A stretch of 63,520 nt of DNA, counting the filler, from Nemertoderma westbladi (Eukaryota > Animalia > Xenacoelomorpha): the NCBI GenBank assembly GCA_032718475.1. It is 3 parts of 3 records of this genome, joined end to end, with 100 filler letters (N's around TTAATTAATTAA, not from the genome) between each part and the next. Parts side by side here need not be neighbours in the genome. Positions count along the whole stretch, not along the records: positions 1 to 27,272 come from JAUCBJ010004541.1; 2 more parts are not named here. One strand, 5' to 3'. Made by a program: the position numbers and the translations under genes. Below the pieces are notes generated by a model. The model was not told the DNA's origin. It made no database searches and saw nothing but the letters and a program-made list of their open reading frames with translations. Positions 1 through 11,355 of this stretch are shown here, one piece after another. Position 1 is the stretch's first letter. Every line of letters starts with the position of its first letter.

Positions 1-642
1 CATTGTGTCAGCCAGCTGTAATGTACGTACTATAGCCGAACATATTAGTATTCAATAGGAAATACCAAAACAAAAACTTTTTTTTAAAAATTGTAATACG
101 TAATCTTGTAGGGATTCCCTTTAAAGTAACAGTAATATGTGTCCTTTTATCCCCCTTAATTTTATGGCTTAGGTATTCTTTCCCTTCTTTTAAATATATT
201 TTTAAATTATTTTTTATTTCAGAACCAACATTTTTTTTAGAATTTTTTTACCCTTTTACCAGCCTCACTTTTATTTATAAATTTCTAATTCAACGACTTA
301 ATATTGGAACCAAAATTTTTTAACAATTTTTAATCATTTAATGGTTTTAACGTTACCCACCCTTTTTACACCTCTTCATTTAGCACCCTTTTTATTTTTA
401 TTTTTATTTTTTATTTTTAAATTTTTAACAGTTGAACGACTAATACCTTAACAACACATGTAGCCTACAATTCTATCTCTAGGCCTACATACAGTATTAT
501 ACAGTATCTAAATATGTTAATCTAATACATCCTATCATACTGTCTATATCGGAATTTGGTGGCATAATAATTGGTTGTACCGTACGTTCAATTTAATATG
601 ATGGTTTAGGTTTATAAATTGTGTTTTAATGTTATTTTAATT

Positions 643-691
643 TATTTACTGAAGACGTCCGTGAGGCGAGGATGAAATGGCCATATAAATA
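643..691 (+). ncRNA. Minimal type I hammerhead ribozyme (Penelope-like element type)
   Basis: TATTTA-CTGAAGA-C-GTCC-gtgaggcga-GGAT-GAAA-TGGCCA-TA-TAAATA: stem I TATTTA/TAAATA, core CUGANGA and GAAA, stem II GUCC/GGAU, palindromic stem III ATGGCCAT, cleavage triplet AUA. Confidence 0.8.
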
Positions 692-811
692 TGTAGAAAC
701 TGTTTTTGTTAACCGTGGCATTAGACCCTTTCTACAGTCATTATCCCTGAAGTTATGATTATGGATACGCCACGAACGGCATCATTTCGACTTCTTTCCC
801 ATTTAAATATA

Positions 812-3171
812 GATCCAGAGATTTGGTGTCCTCAGCAGTTAGAGCCCAGCATGGGCTCCCATAGTGGAGTACTGGAACTACTGCTGCTGTAAATAATCAG
901 ACCTTAAATTTCCTATGTATTCTGTGTGACTTCCAAATCCTGGAAGGACCATTTGTGGCGGCCACAATAGAAAGGGACCATTGACATTTTTCATAGTTCT
1001 CAGAAACACGCCTTTAAAGATTGGAAATTTTTTGCAATAAATCTGCTGATAAAACTCTTGTTATGACGGAAATTCAAATTAGTGTTTATCATATCTGTTT
1101 TATCTGTTTTTGGTTTAACTAGTGTTTATGACTGTGTGAATGACAATGAAAATGAAGACTGGTTCGATATATTAATTATGTAATTATTAATTATACAGTA
1201 ATAATGGTAGATACGGTTATAACGGTAATAAATGTATATCATTTCAGGAAAATTAAACATTGATATAACAATTTTTTTTATTTTAAGTTTGTGTATCGTG
1301 GCACATTTTAATATCGAAAAAAACAATAAAATTTAGAAACATCAACAAATTCCAATACTTAGAGTAATTTTCGATTTTTCCAAATTTTTTAACCGATCAA
1401 CCAAATGTTGCCGCATACTTTGTCCCATATCTCAAGAACTACAAGAGTTCTTGAAAAAACGCTTTGATATTTGGAATCTCCAGAAAATTATGCATCTAAA
1501 AAGCCAATAAAATAAAATTTGACAAATATGTCAATAGGTCCCTTTCTATTGTGACCTCTGCACCGTTAATGCTGCTCTGCCCATGCCTTTCCCTTACGTA
1601 TTCGAAGGTCCTCACCTAACTTCCGGATCCATGATCCCAGGTAACTGAAGTAGTCCACATGTTAAAGCATACCATCTTTTGAGTTTATGCTCATACGATC
1701 AGACATTTCCTGTGGACTTTCAAAGTTAACTGTAAAAATTGTAGTCTTCTTGGAGTTAACATCTAGAAAAGCCAGTAAGCTGGCTGGCTAAAAGAATACC
1801 GTCCATTATAGACCGTATGTAGTTTAGTTGGGTCCCTCTCCATTGAACAGCTTTGCTTACAGTCTGAGAGAGAGATCCCAGCCCCTAAATGTCATTATTA
1901 TTAACCTATAAAACATTTGAACAGCCTAGTGCTTATAATTCAATCAGCTGGCCTCCCACCTAACATAGCAGTGAATGACCTTATAGATATCCCCATAGGA
2001 TTCACTGGGATTTTTATTCACCTGACGGGGTATTACTTTGCAAACTAAGTAATACTAAACTTTGCTCATTGTCTGGGAGAGAGTAATAATTTTAGCAAGT
2101 AAAACAATTATGTGCAGTTTGGGCCTATCCATTCAATCAATAGTAGTAGCTTACTAGGCCCTCATGGTCACCAGCAGCTGGTGTTCTATCATTGAGTCCA
2201 TGGCAATTTTCGTGTTTTGATGACATTTTTCGAAATAAGAAAAATACACTTTAATAATTTTTTTCGAAACCCTTTTCTCCACATCCTGGGGTTGAGCTGC
2301 GTCTATTGATATAACTTTCATTGACGGACGAGCTACACCCGATATACATATATACATAGATAGATAGTGAATACTTTTACAGTAACAAGTCCTAACGAAC
2401 TTCAAAAAGACCAACACTAGAACCAGCCTGTTCTAGTGAGCTGATGATCCGTTGGGCTCCCTCTGGTGATTCTGAGAGTACTCCTCTGAGGTGACTGAGA
2501 GTCATCAGCAAAGTCTAGATCAGTTATGTACTTGGGTAGATTTCTTCCATTTCTTGTGCCAGATCACCCCATCGTCATTATGATGATCTAAAGACATGTG
2601 TAGAAGAACACTGTAAACCACAATTAATCTGTGTCACAATCAACAGTAGTCACAAATGAACGAGTGTCTGAGAATTTTCGAACCATCGTATATACTGATC
2701 TGATTGCTGCAATAATTTCATCAGGAATCCCATATAATGAAAGGAAACTATGCGTATGAAGTATGGGAACAACTGTCAATGTTATATAGTGTCTGGTTGG
2801 AGATGTGTGCATTGTACTTGACACAGTGAACCAGGCGTAGCATTCTTGTGAATGTGCCATCCAAAGATTTGGTGTCCTCAGCAGTTACATGGACTCCCAT
2901 AGAAGAGTACTGGAACTACTGCTGCTCTAAATAATCGGACCTTAAGTTTCCGATTAATTATCGGTGACTTCCAAATTCTGGAAAGCCTATTCAAGGCTGC
3001 CCATGCTCAGCAGTTACATGGACTCCCATAGAGGAGTACTGGAACTACTGCTGCTCTAAATAATCGGACCTTAAGTTTCCGATTAATTCTCGGTGACTTC
3101 CAAATCCTGGAAAGCCTATTCGAGGCTGCCCATGCCTTTCCCTAACGTATTCGAAGGTCCTCACCTGACTT
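812..3171 (-). pseudogene. Scrambled RTE-clade non-LTR retrotransposon relics (several fragments)
   Basis: Minus-strand translations give YITDLDFADD (~2501-2530), YGIPDEIIAAIRSVY (2624-2860 ORF), VDYFSYLGSWI...RIRKGKAWA (~1578-1660) and RLFRAAVVPVLLYGS-like motifs (~815-950 and ~2870-3120, the latter with a ~129-bp tandem duplication). Confidence 0.75.
963..1553. mobile_element. MITE with ~25-bp terminal inverted repeats inserted in an RTE relic
   Basis: CACAATAGAAAGGGACC-ATTGACA at 963 vs TGTCAATAGGTCCCTTTCTATTGTG ending 1553; the flanks are nearly contiguous in the uninterrupted RTE copy near 3100-3170. No TSD resolved. Confidence 0.7.
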
Positions 3172-3547
3172 ATCTTATGTACATAGCGGTTTGCGCCGAT
3201 TCGAGGCACTGCCACTGATTCCAGTTGAGAGCCGCTACATGCAGGACTATTTTCGGTTTAGCTACAAACAAGATCCTTTAAAGTAAGCTGCGATGCCACA
3301 TGCGTTATCGTATTAGCGGTAGCGGTTGCTCCAATTGTAGCTGTGGCTAAGCCAGGTCAGGTACTATGGTATAATTATTTTTACAGATAGTATTAGCTTG
3401 CACACCAGTTCTTGTTCTTCATCAGTTCTTGCACACCACTTGGGACAGACAGAGTACAGCAGTACCGGCACCGACCTACATTAGGCCTACATTCAGACAT
3501 TAGTGCAGTAATAAGTCTGCCAGTATTACAGTTACTACTGTACTAGA

Positions 3548-6029
3548 ATGATTTCTACTACCGTCATCGGTAGTGGAGCAACGGCATATGACTGGATGGA
3601 TATGGATGAAGGTTTAGACTCTAGCACTTTTAGCACTACTCAGGTGGGGTCACCTATTAACTTGGCGGTGGCAACGGCCGGTAACGTAACGGAAAGTACA
3701 CGTAGTAGTACAGATACCGGTACCGATAACAGCGGCAATGTGGCAAATAACAAGAGGCTCCGAGTCTCCAGTAGTGGACGCAGTGGTATCCTAGCGCAAG
3801 ACAATTCGCCAACGAACGAAATTCTCTTACTCATCCCTGGAATGGCAAAGGAAATGAAAACTATTTCGCGCGGTATAGAAGAAATTAGAGGTGTGGTTGG
3901 CGAGGTAAAAGCACAAGTGGACTATAACGGTAGTATCGCAAAAGAGGCACTCAAACAGGCCGTTTTGGCACAGTCAGGTGTAACCCGCAGAAACGTAATC
4001 ATCAAGGGGATCCCTGAGCGAGCGGGAGAAATCGCTGAACAAGTCGTCGAACAGTTTCTCTATGAGTATCTTGAATGCGAATATGAGTTCAAACTCGAGG
4101 TATCTTGAATGCGAATATGAGTTCAAACTCGAGGAAGTGTTTCGGCTGGGCCTTCGACGCGAACACCAAAGTTTACCCAGACCAATCAAAGTCGAGTTCC
4201 TCTCCATAAAGGATAAAAAATACGTACTGGGGCGGGCACGGTCTTGGCTCGCAGGTACGGAGTACAAAATTACTGAAGACTTTCCATATGAGATCCGATC
4301 ACAGCGTGAAACCTTGTTCAGGCTGTCACGGGATGCTAGATCTCAGGGTTTTACCAGCAAGGTACAGGGCAATACGCTCCTTATTAATGACAGACGCTTT
4401 AGTGGCTGGGATCTGCGCTGTGGACCTAGTCCACGCGACTCTGTTAGTACAATATCTGAGGTCCTAGGGATGTTGGAACACAGGAACCGTTACCGGTATC
4501 CTAACCACAGTAACAGGTCATCTGTTTCTGGACCGAGATCCGGTAACACTGGAAGCGTGGATGTACGGAGAGCGCCAGAAACCAGACGGACGAATTCAGA
4601 TAACGACAGTATTGGACAACCTCGAAACCACCCAGGCCGAAGAAATAACTTACCGGTGCCAGTGAACAACCCCGGATCCGGTACCATGAACGCCAGCTCA
4701 ACTTCCTCGGCCACTACAATGAATAACCTTATGGGGAATCAAATGAACGATCAGCCTACTTTCGACTCTGCTGTTATAGCGGACTTCTCGATAGCAAGTT
4801 GCATGGTGAATAACGATGATGCGACCTTAACCACACCCGAGTTACAAACGATAACACCACCTAGGAATGACGAAGGTGCTGATTCTGCTGAGGTTTTTGA
4901 AGTTGTAAAGAGTCGGGGGAGGAAGGGGAAAAAAAGAATGGATGAGAGGCGAAGTAATAGCGTGGATGGCCCGGCTTCTCGAACACGCTCTGGTAGGAGA
5001 GTAACAACCCCGAATGGACCTAGACAAGGGTTGCAGTCTTGGCGGGTTGGTGGACCTGGTTCGGTTAACCCAGACATAAACCCTAGCGGAACGGCACAAC
5101 GGTCGCAGTCTGGGCGGGTCGGTGGACCTGGTTCGGTTAACCCAGACATAAACCCTAGCGGAACGGCACAACGGTCGCAGTCTGGGCGGGTCGGTGGACC
5201 TGGTTCGGTTAACCCAGACATTAACCCTAGCGGAACGGCACAACGGTCGCAGTCTGGGCGGGTCGGTGGACCTGGTTCGGTTAACCCAGACATTAACCCT
5301 AGCGGAACGGCACAACGGTCGCAGTCTGGGCGGGTCGGTGGACCTGGTTCGGTTAACCCAGACATAAACCCTAGCGGAACGGCACAACAGTCGCAGTCTG
5401 GGCGGGTCGGTGGACCTGGTTCGGTTAACCCAGACATAAACCCTAGCGGAACGGCACAACGGTCGCAGTCTGGGCGGGTCGGTGGACCTGGTTCGGTTAA
5501 CCCAGACATAAACCCTAGCGGAACGGCACAACGGTCGCAGTCTGGGCGGGTCGGTGGACCTGGTTCGGTTAACCCAGACATAAACCCTAGCGGAACGGCA
5601 CAACAGTCGCAGTCTGGGCGGGTCGGTGGACCTGGTTCGGTTAACCCAGACATTAACCCTAGCGGAACGGCACAACGGTCGCAGTCTGGGCGGGTCGGTG
5701 GACCTGGTTCGGTTAACCCAGACATTAACCCTAGCGGAACGGCACAACGGTCGCAGTCTGGGCGGGTCGGTGGACCTGGTTCGGTTAACCCAGACATTAA
5801 CCCTAGCGGAACGGCACAACGGTCGCAGTCCGGGCGGGTCGGTGGACCTGGTTCGGTTAACCCAGACATTAACCCTAGCGGAACGGCACAACGGTCGCAG
5901 TCTGGGCGGGTCGGTGGACCTGGTTCGGTTAACCCAGGATGTGGTGAAGAGCCACCCGACCAACTTCTACTAAATAATGAGGACCCCAATAATATCCCTC
6001 CAATCGAAGCGATTATAACCCCAGATTGA
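3548..6029 (+). CDS. LINE ORF1 (L1-type RRM/CTD plus long disordered repeat tail), frameshifted by a 34-nt duplication
   Basis: RRNVIIKGIPE, PRPIKVEF and ITEDFPYEIRSQRETL motifs. ORFs 3548-4108 and 4062-6029 join in frame if one copy of GTATCTTGAATGCGAATATGAGTTCAAACTCGAG (4066-4099 / 4100-4133) is removed. Confidence 0.8.
5033..5936 (+). repeat. 72-bp coding tandem repeat (~12.5 copies) in LINE ORF1
   Basis: Period 72 (GGCGGG at 5041, 5113 ... 5401); encodes GRVGGPGSVNPDINPSGTAQRSQS. Confidence 0.95.
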
Positions 6030-9000
6030 TTGCAGAGACCAGTGTGAAGGAACTATCTTTCGGTCTACTTAATACAGAGGGCCTGACATCAAAGTTAAGC
6101 GACATTGATTTTATTGAATTGGTGAATAAATATGATATATTTATTTGTGTTGAGACATGGTTAGGGCCAATAACTAAGTGTAATGTAGAAATTCCAGGTT
6201 ACAAAGATATTTCTATAACTAGGTGTAGAAAGCACTTTAGAGCTAAGAGATATAGTGGTGGTGTTACTATATTCCATAAAACCAATTTAACTGGGGCTGT
6301 TTCAGTGTTAGAAAAAGAGGAAGACCTGATTTTTATAAATTTAGATAGCGTTGACCTTGATTTGCCTAAAGATATATTACTATGTGCTGCCTATATCCCA
6401 CCAGATGGCTCGACTGCTCACTCTGGTGACCCATCCCGACTTTTTAATAAAATTGAAGAAGGGCTGGCACGTTTTGGCGTAGATAAAGAATTAATTTTAC
6501 TTGGTGATTTAAATGCCAGAACCGGAACCGATGTAGACTTTATTCAAAGGGAATCCTTAGATAGAAATACGGTATTAGATGATTTGCTACCGCCTGATTA
6601 CGTGTACGATGACGATGACAACGGTGAAGGACCTCTAGGTAGTAATAATTTTTTTATTAATATCAATAAGCACCGTACTAACCAGGATAAAGTGGTAAAC
6701 CCGCATGGTAGGAGGCTCATCCAATTGTGTAAAGACACGGGTATAAGGATTTTAAACGGGAGGTCTGGGTGCGACGCTTCCACCGGAATATTAACATTTC
6801 GTACTTCTTCTAGGAATAAAGTTGGTGGCTCCACAATTGATTACATTGTTTGTAGTCAAGCGATGTTAAATAATTGTTCTGGTTTTTGGGTGGGTGACGC
6901 GAATATTTTTGGTAAGCACTGTGTTGTCAGTGCAACATTCTCGTGGAAAATAAATAAAGTTATGGTAAATAACAAGTTTGATATTGCCACCCCAAAAGTG
7001 AAGCGATATGTATGGAAAGAAAAATTGTCGTACAAATTTGTTAACGACCTAGATTCAGCTAATGTTCAGACTGAAATGAATGATATTTGCAACAACCTAT
7101 GCGAGGGTGAGTATAGCCAAGAATCTATCGATAGCGCAACAGCTGAAATAACGGACTGCATTTCTAAAGTGGCAGACCGCTATTTCAAACCAAGTGAATG
7201 TCAAAGTATGGAGGACCGTGGGGCTTTGCATAATTCTTTTCCCTGGTATACAGACGAATGCTTTCAATACCGTCAAACTTTTCGCACTACGTTAAATGGT
7301 TGGAAAAACAATCCAACACCTGAGACACATAGAGTACTTTCTCTGGCTCGCTCAGCCTACAGTAGGTGCTTGAGAAAAGCAAAAACAGTTTATAAGCGAT
7401 CAAAATCAACTAAATTGGAATCCGTTAAAGTAGCTGACTCAAAAAAGTTCTGGAAGCTTCTCGCATCCGCGAGCGGTAACCAAAATAATGGACACGGTGG
7501 GAGCACTGCCCTTGGACCTAGCATTACTGACTTCCAAAATTATTATAATAAACTGTATTCGCAGAACAATGAGTTTATTAATACTGGTGTAAAACCACCA
7601 GGATCAGCAAATTTTGCGGAAAGTAAGCAAATGTTCGAAAACGAGTTATCACAGCCATTTACAGAGGAAGAAGTTTTTTTGGGAGTTAATGGACTCAAAC
7701 GAGGTAAAGCACCCGGTGTGGACCAAATTGTTAATGAATTTTTAATTGAAGGCAAAGAAACTCTGGTGCCAGTTTTTACGGTGCTATTTAACTCTATTCT
7801 GTCATCTGGTTACTTTCCGAGAGCATGGGCAGTGGCTGTAATTTCACCGATTTATAAAAATAAGGGGTCCATTAAATTGCCAGAAAATTATCGAGGAATT
7901 TCCCTTATCAGCTGTATTGCGAAGCTATTCTCTAGTTTAATTAACAAGAGGTTAGGCTTTTGGTCGGACTGCCTGGACATTATCACAGAGTCACAGGCAG
8001 GTTTCAGGGAGGGATACCGCACAACAGACCACATTTTCGCCCTGAGTGGCCTTATTAATCACTTCATTGGTGTTGGTGGAACGAAAGGTAAACTTTATTG
8101 TGCCTTTATAGATTTCGCCAAGGCCTTTGATTCCATAAACAGAGAGGCTTTGTGGTTCAAACTAGATTGCATGGGTTTCAGCGGCAATCTATTTAAGGTA
8201 ATTAAGAGTATGTACTCTAACGTCAAATCTTGTGTTAAATCTAATGGCCTTTTATCAAACGAATTTGACTCTTACATGGGAGTTATTCAGGGCGAGTGTT
8301 TGTCACCAATTTTATTCTCATTTTTCATGAATGATCTGGAAGCTGAATTGGGGAAAGGTGGTTTCAGTGGTTTGGATATAGGATATTTTCACTTATTGAT
8401 CCTCTTATATGCAGATGATATCGTTCTGGTTGCGGATAGTGCGAATAAACTGCAACATTCTTTAGACATTCTTGGTGATTTCTCTGACTATTGGGGATTG
8501 CAAGTTAACCTCAAAAAATCGAATGTGGTAGTCTTCCGCAAAGGGGGTACGCTCCAGTTAACTGAAAAATGGACATACAAAGGGAATGATATAGAGACCG
8601 TGCCACACTACACCTACTTGGGTATTAAGATGTCATGTATGGGTTCATTCACGCCAGCGCAAAAACTTTTGGCCGACAAGGGAAGCAAGGCCCTATTTTC
8701 TCTCAATAAGTATTTGTTAGAATTTCCATATATAGGGTTTGACCTTAGATATAACCTATTTCAGTCTTTAATTATACCGGTACTTAGTTATGGTTCTGAA
8801 ATATGGGCATTCCACAAAGCCACAGACATTGAAAGAGTACATCTAGGTTATTTGAAAAGGATTATCGGTGTCAAATCTAGCACGCCAAATTTTATGGTTT
8901 ATGGTGAAACGGGCGTGGCACCGCTTAAAGTGAAACATGTTTTTGCAGCCATAAAATTCTGGGTAAGACTAATTAAAATGTCGGATAAAAAAATTACGAA

Positions 9001-9614
9001 ACAGGTGTATAATATATTATATCACGATGCCAGTATATCCAACAATGTAACCAATTGGGCGACCCACATTCGGGATTGTTTGAACAATCTGGGTATGAGT
9101 TGGGCTTGGGTAAGCCAGAGGGTGGAAAATGAGCGACAATTCCTAGATAATGCCAAGCGTGTTATATGGGACCAATTTATTCAAGGGTGGCGGCATTCTA
9201 TTCAAAATTCACCAAAAGGAAGATTATACGTTAAGACAAATTTTGGAACTGAAAAGTACTTAAACAGTCTGGCAGACGCCCCACAGCTTAGGGGTCGCGA
9301 TAGCACGCTTGCGCTCAACGTCACATAGCCTCCAAATTGAGGTGGGTAGATGGGCTAGGCCTCGGCAGGAAATTGATGAAAGGGTATGTCCGGTGTGTAA
9401 GAGTGGCGAGGTTGAGGACGAATTACATTTTACCCTGGTTTGCTCTGCCTATGCCGAAGCAAGAAGTAAGTTCTTACCTGTGGTTATGTATCGCTCTCCA
9501 AGTATTAATGGATTCCAATCACTTTTGTCATCAAAATCGGAAGCAATAATCAAAAATTTTGGCATTTTTGTGTATAAAGCAATGGCAATAAGGTCCGCCA
9601 TAATAGGATGCTGA
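6026..9614 (+). CDS. LINE ORF2: AP endonuclease, reverse transcriptase and CCHC-type Zn finger, with a 1-nt frameshift
   Basis: APE motifs LLNTEGL, ICVETW, LLGDLNARTG, STIDY; RT motifs YRGISL, QAGFR, FIDFAKAFDS, GVIQGECLSP, LYADD. Removing one G from GGGG at 9291-9294 continues into LRVAIARLRSTSHSLQIEVGRW...CPVC...EDELHFTLVC (ORF 9309-9614). Confidence 0.92.
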
Positions 9615-10479
9615 TAAACTCTGTTACAAAAACTATTAGTATCCCATACAATGTGCATACCCATATATTACACTTTATTACCTATCTTTGCAGTATTTTG
9701 GTGCTTATTTTATGTTATTAATGCGGTTCCGGTTCGTAAAAGTGTGCAAGTAATTAAGTGCTTGTAGGTCTATAGTAGGTATAGTCTTGTAGGTATAGTA
9801 GTGACGGTGACGGGTTTTTTTTTTTTTGTTCTTATATTTCTTGTGTGCAATTTACAACAATAGCATTAGGTTGCTTGTTGGAGTTTATATAATAATAATT
9901 ACAATTACAATTACTGATACACATCGCGGTGAGGGGGGGTAGTATACCTACCTATACTACTAGAGGGCAAATTTGTGTTTAAAATTGGGGTTGATTTTAA
10001 TATAATTGCGTTTGTTACTCAAATACTGTAGTATATTTCTATATTATTATTATACCAGCCAATATACCATGTCAATCATAGTAAATACATATACCTAAAT
10101 CAGCACTCCATGTAAATAAATACTTGGCACTTCATACAGTGAAATTTATAAATACAAATATATCGGTAAAATCAAAACAAATTGTTTTTTTTCGATAAGT
10201 ATTATGTTGCAGTATCTAAACGCGGTGGGAAAATCTAAAACGAAAGAAATACATAGTGACGTCATAGTGACGTAATTCTAAGAATTGCATAACGAAAGCT
10301 TTTAAGTATTTTCATTCAGCACAATGTAGGGTTATACAAATAAACGTGACGTCACTAAATGTGAGATTAAAACCTCCCCAGTTAGTTTTACAAAGACAAA
10401 TTTTATTTGTATAAGACTTGTTATATAGATATACACTGAGGCACATAATATGTCCGATTTAATGCAGCGCATAAAATAT

Positions 10480-10670
10480 ACTGAACGCAAATCCCATCTT
10501 GGCGAATTAATATCCCGCCTCAATGTTAAATTCTCAATTTAGGAAAAGGAGCAGGTTACAGTGGAACGTTGTTTTAACCAAAACAATAAACTAAACACAA
10601 TAGAACAAGTTACAGTTTTATTTTTGCTCATAAACAGCTGTTATTTGCGTCCAATTTCCCATGGAGAGGG
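10480..10670. mobile_element. Dispersed ~190-bp repeat (MITE-like); related copy at ~49055-49232, partial copies at ~42570-42630 and ~51505-51580
   Basis: Shared CTCAATGTTAAATT..CAATTT.GG.AAAGGA.CAGGTTACAGT and CAGCTGTTATTTGCGT; short inverted ACGCAAAT/ATTTGCGT near the ends. Confidence 0.6.
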
Positions 10671-11355
10671 ATGAATTTTTATTGAGTCCAGTTCCCCCCC
10701 CCCCCCCCCCCCCATCTGAAATATTGTCCGAAAAAATAATTGATAATGACTCGTTAATTTTTTTTTCTGTCTCAATGGTGGGAAGTTAAATATTATATAA
10801 AAATTACATACTGATAGTCGATTTTAGTCTCACAAGTAGGAATATGAAACTGAAAGTAAATAGACTTGAAAAGAAATCGCCCACTGCCCAAAGTCTAAAC
10901 GCCCAAATTCAAAATAAATCAAGCGAAATAACAATAAAAAAATGATGAGACATATTAATTGCAACATTAACAAGATTAAATACAAAAGATTAATAATAAT
11001 AATAATAATAATAAATACGAAAAATCAAACACAAATTAACTACATCATTGCTGTACATTATAGGCTAAAGAGACCCAAAATAGGCGAGGTCCACAATATT
11101 GAAACATAATTCGAAACTACATTACTGTAAAATTACATCAGGCGTTTTTATTCAACAAAATCCTCATAAAAAATGCAAAAACAGATAACCAACACTAATT
11201 AGTTGTAAAAATTAAATTTGTAATTTTTTATATTTCATAACTCCGGTAATTAAAACAAATAATTAAGTTAACGAAAACGAGAATGTTAATTTTTTTATTG
11301 TGGTTGTACAGTATTTTTGGCTTTAATCATTTTACATATTAAAAGATACAAAATA

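Larger units (their letters stand above)
3172..9830 (+). mobile_element. Near full-length two-ORF LINE (RTE-X-like)
   Basis: Starts where the RTE relic breaks off (3171); 5' UTR, ORF1, then ORF2 with APE, RT and C-terminal Zn finger. The 3' end is approximate and no TSD or tail was found. Confidence 0.85.

Noticed and set aside
4751-5989. Antisense and alternate-frame ORFs over LINE ORF1 (412, 373 and 115 aa)
   Set aside because: By-products of a stop-poor 72-bp repeat.
10250-10360. TGACGTCA (CRE-like) palindromes
   Set aside because: Short motifs in repeat-like DNA with no identified promoter nearby.
10694-10713. Long C/G homopolymers (also ~54692-54716 and ~63030-63058)
   Set aside because: Could form G-quadruplexes, but lengths are unreliable and there is no supporting context; the poly-Pro ORF 62922-63110 is an artefact.
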